Source of the DNA: Flaccisagitta enflata | Taxonomy: Eukaryota | Direction of reading: 5' to 3' | DNA length: 64,000 nucleotides | NCBI GenBank assembly: GCA_965153355.1 | Contig: OZ231126.1 | Coordinates: forward strand, 22,134,001-22,198,000 | Part shown: in pieces, positions 1 to 13,512 of the stretch | How positions within the stretch are numbered: position 1 is the stretch's first letter | Layout: each line of letters opens with the position of its first letter | Program-made: the position numbers and the translations under genes | Notes under the pieces: model-generated | Databases searched by the model: none | What the model was told of the DNA's origin: nothing | Seen by the model: only the letters and a program-made list of their open reading frames with translations

Positions 1-58
1 TGATGGAAAATGCTGAAAATGACCTGTACCTCCCACCCACATATAAGAGGAAATTTAG

Positions 59-225
59 AACAAGGCCGGATACACGGCAATCCAGTCGCGGACGGTTGGG
101 CAGGAGCAGTAATGCGAAAAACGCTCGGAATTCAAAAATGTGACGGACCGACGGACGGACGGACGGACATACCGACCTACCGACCGACACGGTAAGGTGT
201 AGAGTCGCGTGTCCGCGACTAAAAA
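59..225 (-). mobile_element. HINE/DINE-1-like element, family A
   Basis: AACAAGGCCGGATACACGGC end, subterminal AGTCGCGGAC, (GACG/GACC)n core, terminal hairpin AGTCGCGTGTCCGCGACT followed by AAAAA. Confidence 0.75.
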
Positions 226-336
226 TTCTCCTTGCGGAATATTTAATTTCAAGTGGTTTTGGCTTCATATACCTCAACACTTTGCAAATCCAAAGGAAAA
301 ACAGTAGTTTTTTAAAAAGCGTCCCCACGGCTCCAG

Positions 337-2143
337 TTGAGGGGTGTGAAAGATTGTCAATTCGAAGCCGATGCAATAATTGAATTGCGAAAGCACCGAA
401 AGACACATGTAGAAAACAAAAAAATCTACAGTTGTGAACAATGTACTTATGAAACACAAAGTGAGTGCAACTTTCAACGACATACAGCATCTCACGTAAA
501 GGCAAAGGACGAAAAAGCTATTCTTAATTGCAACGTTTGTGACTATAAGAATCACAGTCGGTCTCAACTACAGTATGATTGTTCTGAACTGTAACATGAG
601 ATGAGGGCATAGCGCAAAAACTAGAAGGGCTAGCAAAATTCTGAAAAAAGCTCTTGGAAAATATGAGTTTGCAGATTATTGCTGGAAAATTCCAAGGATT
701 TTCTGGAAAAAATATGATCCTCCTGTTCCTTTTTAACTTGAGATCAAAATATGCAAAGTGAAAAAAAATGAAAAAATTGAAGAGATGATGACTGAACTGT
801 TTTTCTTTAAATTGCTCTCATTCTTCGACTGATTGAGCTACAGATTCCAGATTGGTCTCAAATGAAAGATTTTTTAAAGTAGTTTTTGAGGAAAGCTCAA
901 GAGCTTTGCTTAATTTGAGTCTTGATTGTATTTTGTGAACTGAAAGTCAATTCTGCATAAAATTTCTCCTGAAAAGACAATATCATTTATACTTTGCATG
1001 TTAACTCTTTAAAAATGCCTTTTTCTTATTTTTCCTCCTAAAACTGCATCAAAATATCTTTCATTTGAGACCAATCTGGGATCAGTAGCTCTAACCGTTT
1101 AGAAATGAGAGCAATATAAAGGACGGCAGTTCATTTTAGTCATAACAAAATCATCCTTTTTTGCAGAAATTACCCTCCAGTGCATGATGTGTTAATTGGA
1201 TCAAATTTTACAAAAAAATCCTTGGAGTTTTCATACAAAAATCTGCAAACTCATATCTTCCAAGGACTATTTTCAGAATTTGGCTAGCCCTTTTAGTTTT
1301 TGCGTTATGTCCTCATCTTATGTTACAGTTCAGAACAATCATACTGTAGAACAACACATGACGCGGCATAACAAAGAAAAACATTTAAAATGCGCGCTGT
1401 GTGAATATCGAACTTCTGTGAAAGAGGATCTACGGCATGACGAAAAGAAACATGGGATTCCCGATAAATTTTGCACAATGTGTTCATTTGTCACAAAAAC
1501 CGTGAAAATATTGAATAAACACATGAAGTCACATGGGGAACCATCTTACTCCTGTTCATACTGTGACAAGAAACTAAGTCGTCCCTCGCAAGTTCAGATC
1601 CATGAACGCATTCATACGGGGGAAAAACCGTATTTGTGCTACTTCTGTGACAAAAGCTTCCGCCAAAAGGTTGATCGTGATATGCACGAGAGAGCATTTC
1701 ATTTACGCGAAAAGCCATACCATTGCCCCTTATGTGATTTCAAAGCAGTCCGAAAAATGGTTCTAAATATTCATCTAAAAGCGCATAATACTGTGAAAAC
1801 ATTCAACTGTGCTTTCTGCAATAAGTCATTTGCTACTGAGGGCGACAAGAAGCATCACGAAAAGATCCATAAAGAGAAGAAATTCAGATGTAAAATTTGT
1901 GATTTTGAAACGAGTCAACATACATATCTTACTAATCATGAAAAGCGACACGCACCTTCAGATGACGATTATCTGCATTGTGACCTTTGCGACTTCAAAA
2001 CTATGTTTTCCTCGAATATCTTCTGTCACAAAAAAGCCCATTCGAGTTCAAGAGGTTACGAGTGTGGTTTGTGTGATTGGAGTACAAAAGACCCACAACG
2101 TGTAGCTACTCACCGGAAAAATATGCATAATTTTGTCAAGTAG
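337..2143 (+). pseudogene. Tandem C2H2 zinc-finger gene (~12 fingers) interrupted by a transposon; 5' end unresolved; pseudogene or disrupted allele
   Basis: Frames 337-570 and 1349-2143 encode repeated CxxC...HxxxH fingers with an HTGEKPY linker. Removing 571-1346 plus one TA restores the finger CNVCDYKNHSRSQL|EQHMTRH. The first finger lacks its first Cys in frame, and one finger has His replaced by Asp (LRHDEKKH). Confidence 0.75.
571..1346. mobile_element. Non-autonomous Tc1/mariner-type element with long TIRs, inserted in ZNF coding sequence
   Basis: TA|CAGTATGATTGTTCTGAACTGTAACA ... TGTTACAGTTCAGAACAATCATACTG|TA. Imperfect inverted arms extend about 150 bp, with an inner inverted pair at ~795-880 / ~1050-1125. 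Confidence 0.92.
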
Positions 2144-3769
2144 GTTGCATGCTATGAATGTAAGTTGGCAAGGTGATGGATGGATGGATAGACGGACGGA
2201 CAGATTGATGCCCAGCCTAAACTCAATTTGTGATGCACAGTGAACTACTGCCTTATTGGCACCTGATTTAACAGCATTTCTTATTTAGCAACCATAACGC
2301 CTAGATCCCAAAATTCTATAGGCTTTTACAATGTTAATTTTTCCTGATATAACAACACCTGATTTGATGGCTAAACCTAATTTACAGGCATAATTTTTTG
2401 GTCCCTTGGAAAATTCACACTTAATTCAAAGATATCACTACATGGTTTGATCAAATTGATAGTAACTTTTTCATCATTATCAATAATTCACCCAAAATTA
2501 AATATCACAAAAATTAAAGAAAATTTAAATTAAGAAATCATACAAATGCATGAAAAAAGTATAAAAGAATATACATAGTGTAACAAAAATGGACATTTCA
2601 ATTATTTATATTAGGAAGGTTTGAATCAAAATTGATTTTTCTTAAACTATTGTGGTATTTTTTATCTCACTAAATAGTTTAGTACTTATATGAATGGCGT
2701 TTACTTCATCCGGAAAATGACATAGATATACACATACACAACCAATTACTAAACAGCAGACTATAAACAAGTTTATATGCAATGATGTTTCATGAATGTA
2801 TCAAAACAGGTGTATCAAAAGCTGTATCGGTAAATCTCTTGCTCTGTTTGCCAATTGCACAAATGCCTCATCACTGCAATTCATAAACATATATGTTTGC
2901 TTATTTTTATCTTACAGTGCGACTCACAAAAAAAGAAACAACTTTCATTCTAATTTTACATAGTTTGAATTCAACAAATCATATTGTTATTCATGAGCCT
3001 TTTAAAGAGTTTCAAAAAGTTAACAATTTGCCACCAGTCCCATTGAATTCGATCAATTTGATTGGATTTTATACATTGATGACAAATGTATCAAAACCTG
3101 AGTGAGAAAACAATAGATTTTCTTTCATAGTTTATAGAGGACAAATTTTAGTAAAACTGTTGTAATTTCTAAATAAATTGAGCTAGTAACTCCAGAAACA
3201 GCTCAAATGACCAATTTCTTCAAGGGCTTTCTTAATGTCATGGATTTTGATTGGTTTTCACTAGATTTAAACCTTTTATGAATGACAAAAGAAAGATTTT
3301 TTTCATCACACATTAAAAAAATGAGGGATCTTTTTCCCCTCCTATCATATCCATGTTTGGATAGAAGAAAGTGAACAAAATCAGTGACCATTTGAAGGGC
3401 TTCAAAAAATCTTTTATTCTAGACCAATACCAGCCTCCTAGCTTTACTCGTTTGGAAATGGCATTAGTTTAAAGTTAAATGGGTACATTTTGGTTATGCG
3501 CTATTTCCAACTCGAAAAATTCAACACTCCAGTTTTTCCTTCACTCAGAGTTCTAAACAAATTGACTAAATGTGAGATTGGCGGAAAATGAAAGCTCTTT
3601 TTGAATATCTTTTCAAAATGATCTGCGATATCACCAATTTCTGCACTGCAACACAAAATCAAAGAAATGGTCCCTAGCAGCGGCCCCGCGTCACACCCAG
3701 CTGTTCCAACACGCGATAATTTTTCCATCTGACGCTTACGTCCCCCCAAGCTCCTGTCTCAGGGCTCCT

Positions 3770-4465
3770 CTGAGACCTGGAGCAGCCCGAGACCCCAAAT
3801 CAAGCCTCCTGAGACTCAAATCAGCCTCCGTACCCCAAATCGTGCCTCTCAGACCCTGCTGTGCCTCTTAGACCCCAAATCAGGCCTCTCAGACCTCAAA
3901 GAAGGCCTCTCAGACCCCAAATCAGGCCTCAAGACTTCTTATCAGGCCTCTAGGCCCCAACTCAGGCCACCGGATTCCTCTTATCAGGCCTCTCGCACCA
4001 AATCATGTCTCTTAGACCCCAAAATCAGGCTTTTCGACCTCTTATCACCCTCTTAGGCCTCAACTCAAGCTTCCTCTCTGAATCTCTTTCATTCGTGCCT
4101 TTCAGACCCCAAATCAGGCTTTCCCAGACCACAAATCTAGCTCTGAAACTACATATCAGGGGCCCCCAAGCCCCCGAATCAGTCTCTTCCAGACCCCAAA
4201 TCATGCCTCTCACACCTCTTTTCAGGTTTAGGCTCTTAACTCAAAGCCCCCAGACCTCTTATCATGGCTATCTAGACTCTATATCGTGCCCCCAGACTGC
4301 ACCTAATGGACCCTAGATTAGACCTCTCAGACCCAAGATCACGCCTCCCAAAACAAAAAATAGCCCAGGCACTACAGTCACTCCACTCCGCCGCTGCCCG
4401 CCACACTTCATCACTACATTAAATGAGACACGTGGCACGGAACTGCTGACCATAATGGCTTTTGT
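3770..4465 (+). mobile_element. Degenerate family-B element with ~21-bp tandem array (AAATCAGGCCTCTCAGACCCC)
   Basis: Array resembles the reverse complement of the 54262-54555 array; 3' end GCCGCTGCCC...GGCACGGAACTGCTGACCA resembles the family-B end. Confidence 0.55.
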
Positions 4466-5749
4466 TGCCCAGCCCATTTTTCAAGAAAATTGTCTACATA
4501 CAGATTCTGGACACCATATCTTTTTAAAAAGGCGGACACGCTGACTCTGCCACCTGCCGCGGTCGTGGGCCGCAGAGAGGTCGCAGGTCACCGTCTGTCG
4601 GCCCCGTAACCTTTTTAAAACCGCGCAGCCGCTGCATCGCTCCGCCAAACCATCCGCATCGTCCTGCCGCGATCCGCCTGGTTAACTATAAACTTAAAAT
4701 AATTGATTTAAATCTCATGGATTTGTGACATAAAGGCTTCATTTGAAGACGCTTTTTCCATGTCTCACATAAAAATATCAATAAGTTTTTTTTTTTTCAT
4801 GAGAAATATCTTATAAAACAGCTGCTTCCTTTTTTATGGTTCGCAGTGTACTTCAAATATTTTTACAAAAAAATACTAAAAATTGGTAATTCGACTTAAC
4901 AACATTCAGATTTAACAACCGAAATTACCCAGTCCCTTCAAGACCCTTATATCGGATTTCCACTGTATACGTTTCACTTTGATTAATTCTGTTAGTTTCC
5001 TCGGGGTGGTAAGGTTCATTTGACTTTTTTTTTCTTTGTGCGACCGTATACAATACTTGTACAATCTTATCTCTACTGATAAAGATGATCATAGATTTAT
5101 CTCTGGTGATTTTCAGTGTGCCTTTCGTGTGTTATCAATTTCCGATCCGTAAAATTGTAAGTGACAACATAGATCATGTGTCATTGTCCCTGTCTAGTGT
5201 CTACTTTTTTTCATATGTTCTGTAAGTAAACTTGCGTAAAACAGGCCGTAAGCAAATGTCTTTCAGCTTTTTTTTCTTTTTCACATGCACAGTTTCATAC
5301 TTTGTCCAAATATAGGTATAATATGATATGACTAAACATACAGTAAGGTCATGAAATAGAAAGCCCCTTTCGACGTTCGTGGACGTGGATATGTCTAAAG
5401 GGTGGAAATGAACTGGGTCAAGGTTGATGCAGTCAAAAGGAAGAAGCAGCGAGAGTCAAGGACAAAACGGTGATAAATGGAAGACGCCTTTTCGGGCAGA
5501 AGCTGGCGATGGATGAAATGCAAGAAAAAGAAGTGAGGCATAAATGGTGGAGGTGGTGGTTATGGGTGGATAGAGTTGAGATAGGCCTGAGAGCTTGATA
5601 GGTGGTGTATTAGAGCCAGTGTGTGGTGAGTAGGTGATGAAAAAAGGGAGACTTACGAAGAATACCAAGCTCAGTAAAATCTTAGGAAGTGGTTGATAAA
5701 ACAAAATTGTGGTCACCAACTTTCCTTTTCAGTGGCTTCAGAGTTTTTG

Positions 5750-7175
5750 ATTAGAATGGATAATGTACCGAGTTTCAGGGCCTTTGAAATAGTTTCAGCC
5801 TAGCCCTCCACCCCCCCATTTTTAGCATGTTTTTCCTTTCAAGTAAGTTAAAAAATGATAAGGAATACTAAAACTCATTCTAAAGTGTGTAACCCGACAT
5901 GTGATTACCCGTTTGGAGTATGATACAGGATTTTTTTGTGAGTATCGAGCCTCAAGAATTATTGCAAAATGATAGCTTTGGCATTTTAAAATAATTAAAG
6001 TTATATTGTGATAGCATCTGTACCAAAATTTAGATTATGTGTACCATGCGAATCAAAAAAAAAGACGCACTTTTGAATGAGTAATTTAGCCAATAAATCT
6101 TCAAAAAACTATAGAAAATCTTAGGTCATTTTGAAGCCCTTTGAAAGTACTTTTATTTGGCGCCAATCTGGTATTGCTATCTTTTTTCGTTTAGAAATGG
6201 CATCAGTTTGAGTAAAAATGTTGTCTATTTCAATTTCGCAATCCTTATGAAAAAAATGCATTTTAGCAAAATAGTGCTTCTCTTTGCAGAGCTCTAGCTC
6301 CCAAACCGTTTGAGATACAGATCTGGGATTGGTCTAGAATGAAAGATTTTTTGAAAATCGTTTAAAATTTCTTACTTGAAAATAGCTGAAATTATTTTTT
6401 TATCTGTTTTATCAATAAATAGATAGGTGCGTCTTTTTTTTTGACCCAAGTGGTATATGGCAAGAATGTCATTAGGGGCAGCTGATGGGTGGACAGGGGC
6501 AGTAATGTAGGTGAGCAGGGGCTGTCTTATAGGTGGACAGGGGCTGTTGTGCTTAGAAATCACTATTTTGGCTAATTTTGCATCATTTTAAGATTTTTGT
6601 TATGGAACAACCCAAAAATGGATGGACTCACTTTCTTAAAGAGTTGCTTTGCAAGTAACTAAAACATAAAAAAATGAATAAATGCATTTAATTCATAAAT
6701 GGGTCCTGGTCATTTATAAACAAGGCCAAGTAGGCCAATAGGTGCAACAGGTTGGATTGTCCAATGAATGCATTACCGACCGACCAACCAACCGACCAAC
6801 CAACCAACCAACCAACCAACCAACCAACCGACCAACGGACACAGCCAGTTATAGAGGTGCTTTGTCGCACCTAGAAATGGCTGTTATTGTCAAAAATTGG
6901 CAAAAATCATCATTTTGCAGTAATTTTGGAGGGTCTACACTCGCAAAAAATCCTGTGTCATACCCAAAATGGATGAACAAATGTCAGGTTACACACTTCA
7001 GAATATGTTCTAGTGTTTTTTATCATTTTCCGACACATCTGGAAGGCAAAACATGCTAAAAATGGCAAAAAGTCGCTTTCTCTAGGTTTTGAAGCCCTTA
7101 GAGCAGGGGGGTGGAGGGCTAGGCTGACACTGTTCCAAAGGCCCTGAAACTTGGTATACCATCTATTCTCATCAT
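5750..7175. repeat. Degenerate inverted-repeat pair (5750-5905 / 6978-7173), probably DNA-transposon terminal region
   Basis: GTACCGAGTTTCAGGGCCTTTGAAATAGTTTCAGCCTAGCCCTCCACCCCCC pairs with GGGGGGTGGAGGGCTAGGCTGACACTGTTCCAAAGGCCCTGAAACTTGGTA; the AAGTGTGTAACC/GGTTACACACTT pair also matches. Confidence 0.65.
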
Positions 7176-7238
7176 ATTAGCATGTATCCTTTACCTGCAA
7201 TTAGATCCGTTGACTAAGGTGCATCACCCCCACCTCTA

Positions 7239-7445
7239 TTATTCATTGGCATCTGTATTTCCTTGAGAGCATTTACATCTGCATAATTGTGTGCATGGAA
7301 GATCAGCAGATTTGCAACTGCACTTTTTTGTACCGCAATCTTTTTTGCATCCACACTTTACAAGATTGCGGCAGCTTAGTGCAACTTCAGCAATAGTTAT
7401 CCAAACTGGCTGCCACTTATTTTCCTTCCTTTGCCAACCAAACAA
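7239..7445 (-). mobile_element. C-terminal Cys-rich (CXC/Cys8) fragment of a transposon protein, Academ-like
   Basis: GWQRKENKWQPVW...LVKCGCKKDCGTKKCSCKSADLPCTQLCRCKC matches the GW..W.P.W..C-C..C..C-C..CT.LC.C tail of AcademX-type proteins; it is an isolated fragment next to inverted repeats. Confidence 0.6.
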
Positions 7446-7659
7446 AGGGGCAGCCAAATGCGGCACCGCTGCGTAGAGTGACGCCGAGGTAGACGCAGTT
7501 TTGCTCCCACGCCAATTCTGAGCCGTCGATTGAGACAAGATGTTAGGGGGATGGACCTTTTCCGAAGAGCATGTTTTTTTTTCGCGCATTAAGTTTCATG
7601 TCCCACTCGGTGCAGTAAGCAGAGCATGAATTCAGCAACATTTGTAAGCCCTTCAGTTA

Positions 7660-7890
7660 CGGGTCTAAAACTGCCATATTTTCTGCATAAAACAATGCAG
7701 CAGCAAATGTTTCTCTGACATGACAACCAACGCCAAGAGACTTCAATAAGCTAATTAGATCGTCGATGTAGAGACAATAAAGATCTAGGGACAGCACCCC
7801 TCCTTGTCGGACTCCTGCAGAGTCGAGGAACCACTCACTGAAGTGACCATCCCATCGAGCTCGGCAATACAGACCATCATGCCAGGTTAT
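7660..7890 (-). mobile_element. Non-LTR retrotransposon reverse transcriptase fragment (RTE-X/L2-like), inactive
   Basis: GVRQGGVLSLDLYCLYIDDLI...GVGCHV...ALFYAEN contains the QG motif and a YADD decayed to YAEN. Confidence 0.85.
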
Positions 7891-9064
7891 GCATAACACC
7901 TGTCTCACAATTATTGATGATACTTCATTGAGGAAAAAACCATAGAAGATACATGATTATACTCATGAGATTTGAACTGAAGTGAGCCAGAACATCATAT
8001 TAAAAGGTTTAATTGACGAGAAGTCAACACAACCTGTTTGGACCATTCCTCTAAAGGAGCAATTCAGAATCAGAATACTAAAATTTCATGAATTTTACCA
8101 GAAATTTCCAACATAAGGAATAAAATGAAATATCTCATATTGGCTAAAATATTCAACGGATTTGAATAAAATTTGAGTCATAAATACTATGAATCATGAT
8201 TGTTATCCACCTAAAATCTTGTGCAAATCGGACATGATCTTCATAGGATTTTGCAATCTCAAAATTATCAAATTTTTTTGATTGGAAGAAAACTTTGTGG
8301 ATGGAGGAGGGACGCTCACAGGACTTTCTATCAGTTTGATTGTTTCGATTTTAACAAAAAGTCCAATAAGTATCATTTCTGTATAAATAAATCATGTAAG
8401 ATACTGTTTGGTGTACAGAAGTTTTTTCATGAGAGAAATATTGATTTCGAGAAAAAAAGTTCCAAGAGAGAAACAGGCTATTCGCTCAGAAACTATGAGT
8501 TCTTCATACAAAGACGCAAATGAATGAGGTTGTTACATTTTTTGGGTTTGACTATACATGGAAATAGGTCGAGATTTTGCGAATCGGAATTAGGATAGAT
8601 AAATACTGGCGTTAAGTATCATTGTAACACTGAATCACACAAATGAGGGATCGGATATGAGCATCATATCTATCTTTTTCCACATCTTGATTTTGCGTAG
8701 CTCAATAACAATACCATTCCACACTAATTTCTTTGTGAAAATTGTGTCATATCTTTTCTGGTTATATCCCGAACCCTGCTACCTTCTGCCGCCCCTCTCC
8801 CTGCCCTCAACCATTTTGAACACTTCCAAGAAGGTCCCATTCATTGCGCCCATGGCCATGGTGCCACTCTTCCGCCAGGAATTCAAATGGCAGTGAAAAT
8901 AAGTCGAAACCAATTGTTAACATGGCAAATATTGCTTTATTTTTTTTCAAAGGCTTTTTTTTCCGCAATCCTAATCATATTTTGGTAGGTTTTTTTTCGA
9001 CTATAAACCGACTCATTCAGAAATGAAAACAGAAATTGGAATTGCTTACGAAATCATTATCAAT

Positions 9065-10245
<1,181 letters not shown>

Positions 10246-11185
10246 CCAGCCAGGTAGTGGCGGAGCGACAGAGAGTGAAAAGAAGGAAAAGCGAAACAGA
10301 AAAAAAGAAGAGACGCCAAACAAGAGAGAGAAAATAAAAAGCAATAAAGAAGGAAGAAAAGAAAGAGGAAACAAGTCATAAAGTTGGAAGGAAGAAGTAT
10401 GGAGGGAAAACATATGCGTCGCCTGGGAAAAGGGGTTCCACATCTGAAACACAAGGAAACACATTACGCAAACCGCAATTGGCAGACAAAAAGGGAACTG
10501 AAGGAAAGAGAGAGATGATAGAAGAAAAAAAAAACAGGAAATGGGAGTGGGGAAAAAGAGAACGTTGAGTGAGAAGAGATTTGTTACGAGATATCGTCTG
10601 CAGCACCCGATGCTACACCTGTTTCAATGGTTTTGACCGAGTGGTTGATGAGAATTTTTTTTTCCTTTCCCTTAGCTCTGAAATTTTCAACGACTCTTCA
10701 GAAGGTTTTTTGGTCAGATAGCGGTTAGAAAACTTGATCTTGTTTGATTGGAGAATTAAGGCTGGGTTTCAAAAACACTACAAATTATCATAAAAATAAA
10801 GTTTCGGCCTCTTTTTGCATCCTCATCCTAAACAAATACTATTTGGTGTGAAGAGGAGGGAGAAAATGCTGCAATGGAATGGGTAAAAATATCACTTGCC
10901 ATTATATCACCCAGCAGTCATTCTTTGTTGTTATTTGCGTGCCTTTGACTTTGTACATCTATTCCTTTTTCCTTTTTCCTTACTTGTTGTTATAGTTTTT
11001 TCTTCGTCTCCTTGCTTTCCCAGTGTTGGAGAGAGAGAAACAAGGGTTGTTTGTTTCCGTTTACTGCTTCTCCAAGGATGTCATTAGTTGTGAAATCAAT
11101 GGGGCGGAAAGACAGAGGCGGAAGAGCGGAAGAATTGGAAGAGAACAACCTGGATGTGAGCCCAGAAAATGGGAGCAGAAAGGCA

Positions 11186-11288
<103 letters not shown>

Positions 11289-11443
11289 AGAGAGAGAGAG
11301 ACAAAGAGACAAAGAGACAAAGAGACAGAGAGACAGAAAGATACAGAGGCTGAAACAGAAAGGCAGAGACAGACAGTCAGACCGGGAGTGTCAGCCACGC
11401 AGTCACACCGTCATATGGACAAAGATATACAGACAGAGATATA

Positions 11444-12035
11444 CTATCTAGGCGGAAAAAATCTTTCGGCACGATTACATGCATATCTCAGGTTAGAATT
11501 AAGTAATCATCAAAAAATCAGTGACATAATTAAAGTTCTTCAAATTTGCAAGAGATTGACGCAAACCGCATCTCTCTAGCTCTTTCTGTTCAAAAGTTAT
11601 CTAACTTTGATTGAAATACTTCAATTTCGCTTTTTGCCATTTTACTCAATCTTCTTATGGTATCACTTTACTCTTCTTTTAATTACTTCTAAACGCGTTG
11701 AGCTAGACAGATGCGGTTTGCGTTGCCTGCTTGCAAATTTGAAGGGCTTCATTTAAGTTATCAATTTTTCTATGATTTGATGAGTCTTGTGGAAGCTATA
11801 AGTCTAGATGTAGCAAAAGAAAAGATAAAGATAAATTGCGAGAAAGATCCAGAAAGCCTTTACTCCAGAGTACCTCAAGAAGCTCTACAAATCGCATCCC
11901 CAACTAAGGACGGCCCTTATTCAGTCAAAGGGAACTCTCACTAACTATTGATTGATTTGTAACTGATTTATATTCGTTTTTACATCGATGAATACATTTC
12001 TGTTACAGGTAGAAAGATTTTTTCCGCCTAGATAG
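11444..12035. mobile_element. MITE with 24-bp perfect TIRs and TA TSD
   Basis: TA|CTATCTAGGCGGAAAAAATCTTTC ... GAAAGATTTTTTCCGCCTAGATAG|TA. Confidence 0.88.
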
Positions 12036-12309
12036 TAGAAAATGAGTCAGACCGAAAGTACGATAGAGAAAGAGACATAACTAACCATGGCTAAAAAAAG
12101 AGAATCACTTTTTATGCTAATTTTTGTTTAACTATGGGCCTAAACCATAAAAAAATCTCGTTTGAAAGCTCCAGATGCAATGTTGCTGGACATTGTCGCT
12201 TTATTCGTTTAGAAATGGCATTGGTTTGAAGAAAAAAATCTTCAATAAAAAAAAGGGTGTTAATTTCAACACAACAATTTCAACACACTCACACATACAC
12301 ACACATACA

Positions 12310-12396
<87 letters not shown>

Positions 12397-12592
12397 ACGA
12401 AACAAATGAGGAAGTCGGAGGTGAAAAATGGAGATGGAAACAAAATGAGAGAAGAAGGAAAAAGAAGAAAGATGAGAGCAAAAGAGCGAGAAGAGAAAGG
12501 AAAAGAGAAACAAAGCGAGGAAGATTCAAAGGCCAACTAAGGCATCGGAAAAAGAAAAGAAACGATGAACAGCAGTTCGACAACCACAATAG

Positions 12593-13045
<453 letters not shown>

Positions 13046-13340
13046 AAACAATTGCCAATTGCCATATACGCCTGGCTTTTCAAATGTTTATGAAGCTTTC
13101 CACCTTCCCCCTTCATACCACACCTTGCTTATTTCCTGTATCTCGCTTTAACGAAAATACGAACGGGACTTTAAATATGGATAAATTGGAAGCGGAAATC
13201 AAAATGAATTTTTTATGACGAAATATTCTGCTTGCGCTATGAATATTTGATTAAGTCGAAAAACGAAAATTGAACGAAAAAAAATCGTAGGAGAAAAAAA
13301 AATGCGGCCGAGAATCATAAAACGAGGGAAATGTTGAAGG

Positions 13341-13512
13341 TGCACGGTGGACCGAGTTGGATAGTGAGTAACACAAGCATGATGTCACTGATAGTGGCAC
13401 TAACGGTGACATCATGCGTTGCTCATATCCAACTCGGACCACCGTGCAGAAAGTGCCACTACCGGTGACATCAAGCTTGTGTTGCTCACCCTCCAACTCG
13501 ATTCACCATGCA
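13341..13512. repeat. ~60-bp unit present once forward and twice reverse (hairpin with two alternative 3' arms)
   Basis: TGCACGGTGGACCGAGTTGGA...GATGTCAC (13341-13400) pairs with 13401-13448 and with 13453-13512. Confidence 0.85.

Noticed and set aside
4530..4682. GC-rich patch with AGGCGGA...TCCGCCT ends as a hAT MITE
   Set aside because: TIR is short and no matching TSD was found.
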